DNA of 56,325 nt, the filler included, from Sphacelaria rigidula (Eukaryota): NCBI GenBank assembly GCA_964200075.2. It is 6 parts of 6 records of this genome, joined end to end, with 100 filler letters (N's around TTAATTAATTAA, not from the genome) between each part and the next. Parts side by side here need not be neighbours in the genome. Positions count along the whole stretch, not along the records: positions 1 to 9,305 come from CAXNAA020008795.1; positions 9,406 to 18,710 come from CAXNAA020008796.1; 4 more parts are not named here. One strand, given 5' to 3'. A program made the position numbers and the translations under genes. Shown piece after piece: positions 1-12,022 of this stretch. Every line of letters begins with the position of its first letter. The stretch's first letter is position 1. Under the pieces are notes generated by a model. That model saw nothing but the letters and a program-made list of their open reading frames with translations, was not told the origin of the DNA and did not search any database.

Positions 1-44
1 CAGAAGGTTACGAGGTTACCAACTGAGCCACCGGGGCGACCGGC
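1..44 (-). mobile_element. 5' head fragment of a tRNA-derived SINE
   Basis: Reverse complement GCCGGTCGCCCCGGTGGCTCAGTTGGTAACCTCGTAACCTTCTG contains a Pol III box A (TGGCTCAGTTGG) and is identical to 18837-18880. Confidence 0.7.
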
Positions 45-45
45 T

Positions 46-702
46 TGATGTAGTAAGCAGTATGTGTCGCCGTACAATAGAGAGCTTTCAACAGGATGCG
101 GCGACCGGCGGGTCGCTCACCACTTGTGGCTTTGGATTATATTATTGTCCCCATCACCTTTCCACACAGCCCTTTGTGGTCGTGGTAGGCCGCCATTTCC
201 CTCCTTATTGCAAGCGGCAAATTATCTTGGAAGGATACGGGCATTGCGGTCCACATACATACAGTACAGTACAAAACAGTGTAGTACGCCTCTCCGAATG
301 CAGCAGCAGCTACCGCTGCATACTCCTTTGCACGTTCTGGGCAGTTTTCACCGACGGAGATCAGCAGCCTATACACAGCTTGTTCATCCCCGTCCAATAC
401 ATACATGTCAACAGTGTTCTGGAAGTCATCGGCAGAGGGATGAGCAGAAATCATGACGGTAGCTCCTCTTGTCTTTCAATGGCCCACCTGGGTTTAGTGC
501 CTCGTGAAAATGACCACATTGTGACATGTACACTCCTTCCCGGTCATTCCCACTCCGCCCTGTGTTAGTGTAACTACTACGTTTTAGCGTAGGCTGGCGA
601 CCCAAAAAAACTCCTTGGAAATCCCGGGAACGCTATACTGAATGCAATAAATACGATAAGCCATGCTCCGAGCATCCTGGTTTTAATAACCTGGGAAGAC
701 TT
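46..702 (+). mobile_element. Internal fragment of the non-autonomous piggyBac-like element
   Basis: Collinear and similar to ~23489-24145 of the complete copy at 23304-24343; truncated at both ends. Confidence 0.75.
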
Positions 703-761
703 CATACGTCGGACAAGTACGAGCGTGTCTTGTAGGAAATGAGGCCATGAAAATTAATGAG

Positions 762-965
762 GCAAGCACTCGAGTCATTGCTCGTTGCGGAAACAGTTAA
801 TAGGGCGAACACTCGAGTCATTGCTCGTTGTGGGAAAAAATCAATAGGGCGAGCACTCGAGTCATCGCTCGTTGTGGGAAAAAATAATAGGGCAAGCACT
901 CGAGTGATTGCTCGTTGTGGAAAAAATAACAGGGCGGGCACTCGAGTCATGGTCGTTGTGTTTTG
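762..965. repeat. Tandem minisatellite, about 5 units of ~43 bp
   Basis: Unit approximately GCACTCGAGTCATTGCTCGTTGTGGGAAAAAATCAATAGGGCGA, repeated head-to-tail without unique spacers. Confidence 0.85.
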
Positions 966-3900
966 GGAAAACACCCACGAGTGCACTCGTCTAAACGAGT
1001 GATGAATCGTCCGACCTGTGAAAAATTCTAACATTGGCGTGAAATCGGGCAGTTTTTGAACAGTGCTGTCGAAAACGCGTTGCGTGAAAGACGCGGCGTT
1101 GGACGTTTACATGGTCATCAGAGCGGGTCAGGTCTCTAGATGCAAACGTGTGCCTAACATTTCACGGAACGCAGTGTCGCGTATATGCACCCACCAAAGC
1201 ACGCGTACACATTCGCAGATAGCCTGAATACACTTGAATGCAGAATGCCTTCATCGAGTGCGTCTGGCTCCGTGCTGGGCAAGCATTAACAATGTGCGCA
1301 AACTATCAGAGTCTTTTTCCGCCTCAAAGTGCTCAGTTTTGGGACCGTTTGTACTGTGTGGTTCTGTGGAAATAGCCATTGCAGCCTCATTTTTTGACGA
1401 ATCAAATACTTGAAACGCACATCATCCATGATTGAGTAACGGCGGCTATGAGGGCTATCGAAGCCTGTTTGGTAGGCGTGCATCCTCTCGGTTGGGAATT
1501 GACCTCCGTGGATCGGCGCGGCTCGTCATCTGTTCGTCGATACGGCCCCGAACCCAGCAGATATCTGAAGCAATTTCGCTGCCTCTGCCTGATCCACGTG
1601 CAACATCGTAATCGAAAATCGAATGCGATATCGACGTTTTTGCATCAAGCCACGCTCTAAGACACAATCATACCACGAACATCACATGACGGATACTTGT
1701 AGCTAATTTGCATGAGGATGGTCGCCGAAAATATTCCGAAATTAACCATGGCAGCGAGTACTGTAGTCGATCCCCGCGGTGCATGTCGTGTAGTGTTCTG
1801 CACATGATACCGAGCAAAGCGGTCCGACCGTAAAGCATGTCATGAATAAACCAAGCACGGTATCGGCAGTACGGACCATTAAAGCAGTTGCTGTGCTCTA
1901 CTCTACCCTTCTGCCTCCCTAGCTTAGCAACGACCTTAGTCCTTACTCCGTACGGCTTGCCTGAGCGACAAAATCGAGGCAAGACGTCGGATGTGAAGGC
2001 GATCGTTTCGTCCACTCGGCGGCCTTCAAGCGAAGAACACATCTCCCACAAAATGATGACAACAACACAAGAGCAACGAGAAGTAACGCCTGCATAATCG
2101 CACTCACATTCCCACGAAGCAAAATCTCCCTAGGCACCTTAGGACTGATGGGATCCTCCCGCCCTGTTACTCCGGGTGGCATGCCCGGATTCTCATCCAG
2201 AGTGAGAGTGCCCCATTTCGTCATCTCCATAGCGCCTTTTCTGTTCCTGCTCTGACTCCTTTGACTAGTTCTCCCACCACTCATCAGCGGAGACTCCAGC
2301 CGCAAGTTTCGGTACGTCTCTAACCAGCGATGGGATCAGCGTATCTTAGCAAATGGCAAGGGTGATTAAAGATTGGTGTGTAGCGGGCCGCGCGAAGCTG
2401 CGGGGTGCCGTAGAGACTGGCTTCCGCGTACTCAATGCCGTGTGCCCCGCTCCTTCTCTGCCTGAACCAAATCTGAACCGCAAGCTTCCTCTAATCTTCT
2501 TACCAAAGGCAATGGACCGTTAACACGAAATTTGGATATACTACAGCAGAATGAGGTTCCATGTATTGTACGCTGTAAACCCCGAGAGAGCAGAGTACAC
2601 CCTAAAAGTATCGCCGTAGAGGGTGCAGCACTGAGGAGTATTCAAATTTGCAAATCTGCGCTTCTACTGTACAGTAAGTCATACGCTAATTCAATATCTT
2701 GTCAGTCATTTTCCAGCGCGATCCAAAATAGAAAACCGTCCCAGTTGTCTCATGGTTGTCTCACGGCTTCGCGAGCTTGTTTCGTGATCACTGTAATTGC
2801 TTTACTGCATGCACCTGCGTACTTCTTTCAAGAACAGAAGGTCGATACAGATACCGCCACTCTCGGATCTCAGCTGAATACCATCATAATGTGGCTCTAA
2901 TCCAGTGTTCTACAATGCGCTGTCACCGAGCAGCCGCGACTGCACGAGCAAGTGGTACCGCATTACTTGCAATTGGTCATGGTGGTGTCCCCGAGCCAAC
3001 GCACGCTTTCAGGGTATTCGGTCCAACAACGGCTGCGTCTACCGCTGCGGGGTGTGGAAACCTAAGACCACGGGGATCCCTCCTGAGTACAAGGGTGGGT
3101 GTGTAGAGTCGTTCCTGAGTAACGGTCGACGGCTTCCGGCAGCCCGTTTCCAACGCGGGAGACGTGACATGCCAAACCCTCACGTGCCGAGCCCCACTTT
3201 AAGTACTATGGAGGAAAAAAGCATGCAGTGTAGGGTACGCGATTTTCAGCTCGAGGTCAGAAATTCTGAGGAGACGTGTGAATCGACCAACTCATGGCCG
3301 TTTCACGGGAATCATGGTTATTCTTTAAATGAAGTCTTGGCGACTGACGCTGCAGCCTTCAGCGAAAGTGTTCTCAGCCGAGACAGTACAATCAACATCG
3401 GTGATCGACAACAATCGTCGCAAAGTAAGATGCCTGACTGCAGTAACGAGAGATATGGAATAGCGTCGGTAGAAAGCCGTCCTTACGCGTCCCCCTTGTC
3501 GATATGCACACAACACTTACATAGCCCGAATCTGTTGAGCATTACTATCGGAGAACCGAACACGTGTAATCGCTTATATATCAAATGAAAATGGTGCCGA
3601 TTCAACGGATCCACCATCCCCTGTCCGGCGGCTGACGCCGCAGTGCTCAGCGCTTAGCATGAGCGTTGTCCACCAGTGAGCAGTGATTCATCATTGCTGG
3701 TTGACAAAGATTGCATCGGATGTCAGCCAGGGTGCAATGAGTAGAAGAACAGGTATGGTTCAACAAACGTTTTTACGCATCCCACGTTTCGGTGTACACA
3801 CACTATTCTTAGCTCACGTGTTGAGGCACTCGAACCGAGCATACAGTTGACTCAATCATTTGTCAGATGCAAGTGGTTCCGATTTAACAGGTGACCCAGT

Positions 3901-4259
3901 ACCCTCGGTGACAGGGTTGAGGGGACCCCCCGTGTACAGTACAGAGGATACGGTTGCAAGACCAAGTAAAACACGTACAATAGATGAACCAACACCCCTC
4001 GGTGAAAGTATTCATAGAAAAAAAAAATATATATGCACCCCGCGCAAGAATGAAAGGCCAAACATGAGTGGATACACATCCATTGGAGGGTCAGGAGGGA
4101 AAACCATGGAGCATATTTGGACTCGTACGGGACAAACATACACGCAACACTCATAGCCCACGTCTGTTGAATACTATACCATCGGAGAGAACCGGACACC
4201 TACGTGATTCATTGATCGAATGGAAATGATGCTGATCCAGACTATGAACCACCAACCCC

Positions 4260-4700
4260 CGGGGGAAGGGTTCAACTATTAACGTGAGAAGAGACGAGTC
4301 TTTCTACGATACCCCCCCCCAAAAAAAAAAAAAAACGGAGGCCAACACTTTCACGGAGGAAATTTGGTTACTGTATTTACACTTGATGTAGTNNNNNNNN
4401 NNATTATTACGCACCAACACGCGGGAGAAGGGTTAAACTATTAACGTTAGAAGAGAAGAGTTTTTCTAATATACCTCTCTAAAAAAAAAAAAAAAAAACG
4501 TAGTCCAACACTATCACGAAGAAAATCGTGATACAGCACTTCCTGTGGGCGACATTGGCGAAAACGAACCCGAGCGTGTGAACTCTTAGCTGCGTGTTGT
4601 GCTCGGCCTTTTCTTTTCGTTATCTATATAGATCTTGCCTCACGAAACCAGACACTTTCTTTTTTGGGGGGGGTATCGTAGAAAGCGTCGGACACCCCTC
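4260..4700. repeat. Repeat cluster around an internal 10-N gap
   Basis: GAAGGGTT(C/A)AACTATTAACGT...TTTCTA...polyA...CCAACACT occurs at ~4265-4360 and ~4426-4520; a partial inverted copy (GGGGGGTATCGTAGAAAG) is at ~4667-4686. Confidence 0.6.
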
Positions 4701-4957
4701 GTACGAGTGAAAGGTCGAACATGATTGGAGATACCGCAAAAAATGGTAAGACGCGACAAACTATGGAGCACATTTGGAGTGGTGCGGGGGATGTAAAGTA
4801 CTGCCATTTGAGCGCAAACATCGCAAAGCGGGGACGAAAAAATCATTCGACAACGAAGTTTGGCTGCTAAAGCTGTAGAGGGCTGAAAGGACAGCATGGC
4901 AAAAAATTCGAGCTCTCGACCGCTGAGAGGTGCGAGCCTTGCACTGTCGTCAAACCT

Positions 4958-5120
4958 CCATCTGGGATATGGACGTCTATCTGGGATATCCACCTGTGAT
5001 ATCAGATCCATCTGGTTATCTATCTGGGATGTGGATGGTTTCCTGCGTTGTGGACGTCCATCCGGGATATGGATATCCATCTGAGATATCTCCAGATTGA
5101 CATCCCTCTGGGATGTCGAT
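4958..5120. repeat. Low-complexity array of CATCTGGGATAT-like motifs
   Basis: Recurrent ATCTGGGATAT / ATCCATCTG units. Confidence 0.55.
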
Positions 5121-8100
5121 GCCCATGATGAATGTTCTAGATGAATGCCCACATCCCAGGTGGGGGTTGCACGGTAAGGCAAGACGGTGTAAGAGGCCGG
5201 CATTCTAAGCGTTTGATCCCTAAAGCTCTGACAGCGCTGCATTGTGATTTTTGTGGGAAAAATTGGAAATCTTGAATTTCTCTCCGCAAATGACGCCATG
5301 TGGGATCAAACTTAATTTCTATATGTCTATACTGCTAGAGTTAAGTCGACTCGATTGAATATCCGAAGAAAGGCCGTCTTTGTATCCGGGTTAAAGGGCT
5401 ATCTGGTAAACATGCACCACACGCACATGACATATTACGCGCGGTGCCGCACGTGTGCTGCTGCAAGTATACACTGCGTCAGCCGCTACCGCAAGCGTTT
5501 CCGTTATACTGTACTCAACCTGCCGAGGGTGTTTTAGCAGGACAGTGTTGCAGATGCCGTCGTGCCATCATCATCGCCGAGGGAACAGTGTGGCAGCGAG
5601 TGCAGACCACTGTATAATTACGAGATCGGTACAGTCTCTGTGGGCAAAAATGTTCGACGAACAAGAGATGAGTATGTCCACCAGTTTCACTACCAACGCC
5701 ACTCTTCGAAGGAAAATATTCGGCCCATCTGCGTTGAAAAGTTGACTTCTTGATTCCTTTGAACAGGGCAAATCTTTCCCGTGAGAGAAGTAAGGAGCAG
5801 CACGTTTCAACGGTCGAATTAGTGTGATATCGTGCTTCGTACTACCTGCGCTGCACCTTGACCCATGACCGACATACTTTGCCAAGAAGGACACGTGCAC
5901 TTCGGTATTGACCATTTTCGTTATGAGCCTCAAGACCGACTGCTAACTCAAGTCGATCAGTTCAAAAGGTATCTCGATGACATCCCGTGCTGACGAGTGG
6001 GCTGGTAAACAAGCACACTAACATCTTACGCACCCGGCTTGCCCTGGGACCTCGATGGCTATTTTCATCAAATGGTTCGGCGATGATTCCTTAACTTACC
6101 AAGATCGCAAGACGATACGTACAGGGTGTGTTTTCACAACCTGGGCGCCCCGTTGCATGCGGTGAGCAAAGGAGCTGGAACGAGAAATGCTCTGAACGGA
6201 TAAACCTTTTTCATGAACCTAAGCGTACTAAAGTCAATACTGCCAGCGCATGGAGCGTAGTTGAGAGTGACCCATCCACCTACGATTGCTCTGTCGTTTC
6301 ACCCGTGTCCGTGTCATGTGTGTATGGGCACAGGCCGAATATGCTCGTCCGGCGGCAGCGCTATATCGCGACTCGTTTCTGACAGCGTTTCAAGCCAGAG
6401 ATGGTGCTGAATTTCTACAGCATTCACGGCGTACGAGGATGCGCTCCACTGCGTATTTGAACGCTCGCAAAGATCTTTGTCGAGCCTCTCCGGTGAGATA
6501 GTGTTCTTGTTGTTGGCGTATCCAGTTGGTCCACATCGCGTATGGTGACACGTATGATCCGGGAGAGGGTGGTCCCATGGAGATGTACTCTTGATCTTTC
6601 ATGCCGTAGTCATCTGACCATTGACCTCGCATCCCTACAAAGCCGAGATGGAGCATGCCGGGTTCCCGCCGGACCAGGCTATGAGGATGTCGAAGTTAAT
6701 CACAACAGACCATACAGACCCACTCGAAAAATTGGGAGTTGTGGGGAAATTGCATGTCACATCACCTGACATAAGGCACAAGAATCGTTGTGTGCGGGAT
6801 TAAACCTTGCTTGTTTGAGGCAGCTTGTCAACTTGCTGTATTCTGTTCCCCCGTTTTCACGTGTGACTACCCTTATATCTTGGAACAATGCTCTAGACCC
6901 TCGTTCCGCAGGATCCACGGCTGATTAATTTCTAAACTTTGTTGGAATCAACAGGTACGCAGAAACCCGCGTGGGGTGAGAAAAACAAGTAATACTATCG
7001 TCCGCCTGTGTGTATTGTCCGATGAGATGGGAACAACATCCGGCCGGTTTCGATTCGCGTTGCCTTGCTTCTTACCGGCAATGTCCGATGGCTCTTTCGT
7101 CGACAGACTGGCGACGGCGAAAAACCAACGGAGACAAGCGGCGAGACGTTGCGGAGCGTGTGCGACGGAGCGCTCGACGGGGTCGGAAATGGCTTCGGAT
7201 GGCTTCGAGAGTTTGGGAACGGCAAAACGGACGCTACCGGGCTGATCTTGTCCACAGTCCTCTTGATGACAATGGTGGCTCCAGTCACGGGGTATGCTAC
7301 GTTTTACCAGCAGGAAATATGCAATTCTGTCACAGTCCACACCGCTTACCTTAGTGGTGATGCTATTCAAGTAAGCGGGTAGATGCAGATGTACATCGTG
7401 TGGGCTCAGGCGGAAGCTTGATATTTTCTCCGGTCGAGCCATTTCGGAACCCATGCGTAGGCCCGAATCATACGTCGTGTCACATTTCACGTACCAAACT
7501 TCATCATGTTCAGAAAAAGCGCCCTGAAGTTTTTCTTCCTCGACTCACGTCTTTCTGGCGAAATGACGTGTGCGTGCAACACACAGTGTGGCTGCTGATA
7601 TACCTGATCCGGCCGGAGGAATCCCTACAACAAGAAAATCAGTGCTACAAATGCAGAGTCACGACGTCCGAGATTCGCAGCCGCAACGTGACAGCGGAGA
7701 AGCGGTAGTGCGAGTTGCGACTGTCAACGAAGGCGATGCCACCAGACCTAGGCGTGTGGGGCGTGCGGAGGCCTTGCACTTCAGGGCACCAGTTAGGATC
7801 TCGCCAGTTGTGGATACTGGCCAGGTGCTCCCCGGGCAAAGCGCACATGGCTCTATAAATCAGGCAAGACGTTTGCTGCATCGGAGGTACTGTTTTCCCC
7901 CCCGGAGAACCCGCTTTTTCCGGATGTCGGTCGAAGAGCACAAGAAAATATGTATAGCCGGCCCACGAACATACAGTGTACACGCGAGGAAACAGCACAA
8001 TCGCTCGGGAAATAGAGCAAATGCGAACAGTTTCTTCCCGGCGACGATATTCCGCCCACTGCTTTGGTGCTTTCGCAGATGGGCTTACAGCAGTCGGGAC

Positions 8101-9305
8101 CTACTTCCAAATTAATTGGCAGAACGGCCGCGACGGTACGGGATTGGGGAGGGGGCATTGTAGACAGAGCTATGGACATCGCAACTCGTCGATCATCACG
8201 AGAGAGGTACGTGTACGAGTCTCGCGTAGCTGCGATGAACGTCGAGTGCATCCGCGCGGGACGCGCTCTCGCGCAGTTCCTCGTGTTTGACAAGAAGGAA
8301 GGGGGCTGGGGGCTCGGGGGCTCGGAGGTTCCTCCGCAGGTTGACAGAGTTGGCAGCGCTTTCGTGTTTCCCATGCACTCTGCTGATTGTCTTGCCACAA
8401 TTACGCAAGTGTCTGGTTTTCGACGCCGTTGGCGCTGTCTCTACCAGTAGTTCAGGCCGGGGATTTATTGGACATGCTCTATTAAATCCTGATTTGGCGC
8501 GTGTTGTTCCGGAAGGCGACATGTGCATGTGAGTTTACAGAAGATCACGCAGCACATTTCCGGATGATTTTGTATGCTAGATATCAAAATACTGTCGGAT
8601 CTATAGCGGACTGTAGATACTGAGAACACTGGAGATTGCGAGATGTAGGTCGACACTCACCATTTGCGTTGCCCCACGCTGGTTAAATTTCTTTTTTGGT
8701 TCCTCCATCTCTTGGACGAGTTTTTGTTTCGTTTTGATTATGATCACCACTACGTTGACTATGGACCCATTGCTCAGGAAGCAAAAAGTTTACCTATTGA
8801 ACCCGTGAGCGTTCACAGTTCACATTTAAAATTCCACCTACACTCGATCGTCTGGAGACTCGAATTCCCGACCTCTTGTTTCACAAGCGGACATCTGACC
8901 ATTGAACAAGTGAGCGCTCACTAGCTCAATTGGTAAACTGTTCACTTCCTGAACATCCATGACCGTATGGAAGTGACGTCCTCTGCCAAGATGCGAAGAA
9001 CTTGACATCATCGAAGAGTAATTATGTGATACGGGAGGGGGGGGGGTGATAGGACGAAAAACAGGGGCTCGTATGTGTATCAGACGACCTATCACACTCG
9101 GGGTTCGCTTCATTTGGATGACACCGGTATCAAGCAGTATGGATTCGTGTTTCTCATTTGTTTTTGATGCGTTCGAATATAAGTTGCTGCTTTCAACGGC
9201 GATATTGCGGGGTATTTTCGCGTAAAAAATGACCCAAATCCCCTCCCCCGCGGTCTCGCCCATCACCCCCGCGCTCCGGCCCACCCTCTGCATTGGTGAT
9301 AGATT

Positions 9306-9405
9306 NNNNNNNNNNNNNNNNNNNNNNNNNNNNNNNNNNNNNNNNNNNNTTAATTAATTAANNNNNNNNNNNNNNNNNNNNNNNNNNNNNNNNNNNNNNN
9401 NNNNN
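9306..9405. other. Artificial scaffold-joining spacer (N44-TTAATTAATTAA-N44)
   Basis: 100-bp linker with stop codons in all six frames. The same linker is at 18711-18810, 28115-28214, 37519-37618 and 46923-47022. Confidence 0.97.
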
Positions 9406-12022
9406 ACCTCTGGTGTCACTCAGCAACACGTACCACTTGTGGTACACTTTCCTTGATCGACAAACAGAACGTCCTCGGGTTCACGTCTTGAATACGCAGC
9501 CCTCTCCAGCATTGCGGCCCCGCTAGAGTAACATCTACCCCCAAAGTCATTATCCAGCGGTCACCTTGACCGAGAATCATCATCCAACGGCCAAGTTCTC
9601 TTCCCTGCGGCCGCTAGAACAAGTGATATGCGCAAACTCCTCGGTTTTGGGCTGCTCGGATTAAGGTCAGCATCGGGGTGGTGAAGTTACCGTCCAATTC
9701 CATGTTCTGGTACAGAAATAGGGAGAAACCGGTTTGTGGACACCATTTTTCGATTTTCCTCATTCCCGACCACCCCTGAGGGGGGGAAGGCGGGTGTAAA
9801 CCGTCCCCAAGTCTGTAAGGCCCCTTGCAACTCTAAATATTGGCCGGTGAATGGAACGTTCAGTGACGGGATCAGAAGACATTCGGAACAGCATTTTGCA
9901 AGCCACTTACCGGCCCACGTTTGGTGTTTGTGTATTTCAACTTTGTGTGGGCCGTGGCTAGGGCATAATTGACGAAACAAAGTGGGTCAGGTTGATTTTT
10001 TTTCCCCACTGGTTGAGGGCTTTTTTGTATGGAAACCACCATTTTTTTATGAGAAGGCCCGAAACTCTCCCCCCACAAAAAATTGAGGTGACCATTTTTT
10101 TTTTATCCAGCATACCTTTGTGGTTCTTTATCCTGAGTTTCGTATCACAGTTGTAAAAATTTGGCTAAAAATTGAGAAAGCAGTGTTCATTTCTCCTCAA
10201 AACTGCCCCAACAACCCGATCCCAAACGAAAAAAACGAGAAAATTGCAAAAAGCTGTTTTTTCAAGGTCCATTAGTCACCAGCGGTTCTCCATACGAAAT
10301 TTCATAGCGTAAGTCTCAAAACCGGAGTCGTGATATCCAGGTTTAGTTCATCTAGTGCCTCTGCTCGTAATGTACTGGTTTTAGTATGAAGAGTTATGTG
10401 CGCCATATCTCGGGATAGATTACAAATTAGGTGAAGGTGAGGGTGTCTATCGTCTTCCCGTGCTCCAGGGAATGTCCACACCAACATTCGCCGTTATCAA
10501 CTGAATGCATCGATCGGGGGTTTCATGAAGATTTTAGTACCGACGCTATCTCCGGTAGGTATAGGAATTACTCGACATGGGGTTTAATCAACGAGGAAAT
10601 ATGGGCCCAAACTTTTGAGCAGATGGGCACCTTCCCCTTGGTTGGACGATTCATACAATATGCAGATCACGGCCCATCTCGTCTGTGTCGATGAGATACT
10701 GCTTTGAGAGCTTAAATCCGTGTCCAGGCTGGCCCAGCTCGTAAATAATGTGCTGTCTACACGTTACTGCTGCACGAGTATTTTGTCGGAACTTTGTTGT
10801 ATTATATTTTTGATGCCTTGATGTCACTGTCTGGCGCGCTGCATCGCTCATCCTCTACTGCACGGCATGTTTTCATCGTGTAACTGCACATGCAAAGTTC
10901 ATGTGCACAGTGCAGTCGACGACCCATGAGACCTGCAGACCTCGCTTTGCTCATGACTAATGGACAAAAACAGTGTTTGCAGGTACGAGCTGGTTCAGAT
11001 TGAACGCCCAAAATTTACACCCCAGGGATTCCTCACGCCATTTTTTGGAGTTTGACCACGAAATTTTGCACACATATTCTGGAAGGCATTATCTAAAACT
11101 CGAAGAGGGGGGTTTCTCGATTTGGGGTTTTGCTGTCGAGATAGCCAGAGTTTGACCCCCCCCCGGGCAAGTACTCCAGCAAGGACCCCGAATAACCGGC
11201 CACCACGACAAAAAATAAAAATAAAAACTCTTCGAGTTGTAGATACGGTCTTCGAGAATGGGTGTGCGAAGTTTCGTGGTCAAACTCGAAAAAATGGCGT
11301 GAGGAAATTGCAAAACGTGCGAAGAAGTACAAAAATGTCTGCGCGCCCCCCTAATTACTTGAAGTACCAAACGGCTATTTTGGTGCTTCTTGAGGGCTTA
11401 AATGAACCGTTCTACCGCGCATGGTCGAGTTTGGTCGTGAAAATTTATACACATGCTGAATGAATCCCAAGAATGATGTTTTTTTTTTGTGAACATTGCC
11501 TTTTGACCGGTTTCACGGGGTCCCGAAACAGGGTAATCTGTTTCCATCGCCAGGCGCAGGCGATCATTTGAGACAGCACGCGCCGAGAGCACCAATCTTG
11601 CGAATCCGGCCATGAAAAATCTTGGGGGCGTTCATTTGAATCCCCCGGTGTGCGCTTTCATGGTGAACCTTTGCTCCTGACCGGTTTCCTGGGGCCACGC
11701 AGCAGAGGACACCTCTGCAGCGCGAGAAACGAGCGATCACTTTGCAGAACAGCCTGACGCCATCAGTTTCGCCAAGGAACTTGTGTATTAACAAGAGGTT
11801 GGTACGATGTAAAATCTGCGGAACTCTCTGTTGCTGCATCCCAATCGAAACATTTTCTTGGTTCCTGGTCTACTTTCGCTTCGCCCCCCTCCCCCCCTCC
11901 CCCTTCTCCCGCCTGCCCACACCGGCGCAAAAAAGTACTTGGAACAAAGACCAAAAAGACGGAATCATATCCGAACACACCCACACCCACGAACAACCTA
12001 CAACGCCCGACATCGACTTCAC

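Noticed and set aside
62-568. ORFs recurring at 62-568, 18401-18696 and 23472-23927 as a gene family
   Set aside because: They lie within copies of the non-autonomous piggyBac-like repeat, and reading frames are not conserved between copies.
762-965. Possible CRISPR array
   Set aside because: Units are contiguous near-copies with no unique spacers, there are no cas genes and the context is eukaryotic; it is a minisatellite.
2108-3093. Exon-like segments at ~2108-2320 (-) and ~2906-3093 (+)
   Set aside because: Splice-like ends are present, but there are no recognisable motifs or compatible partner exons; insufficient support.
9350-9361. Recurrent TTAATTAATTAA motif every ~9.4 kb
   Set aside because: Always embedded in N runs of fixed length; an assembly linker, not biology.
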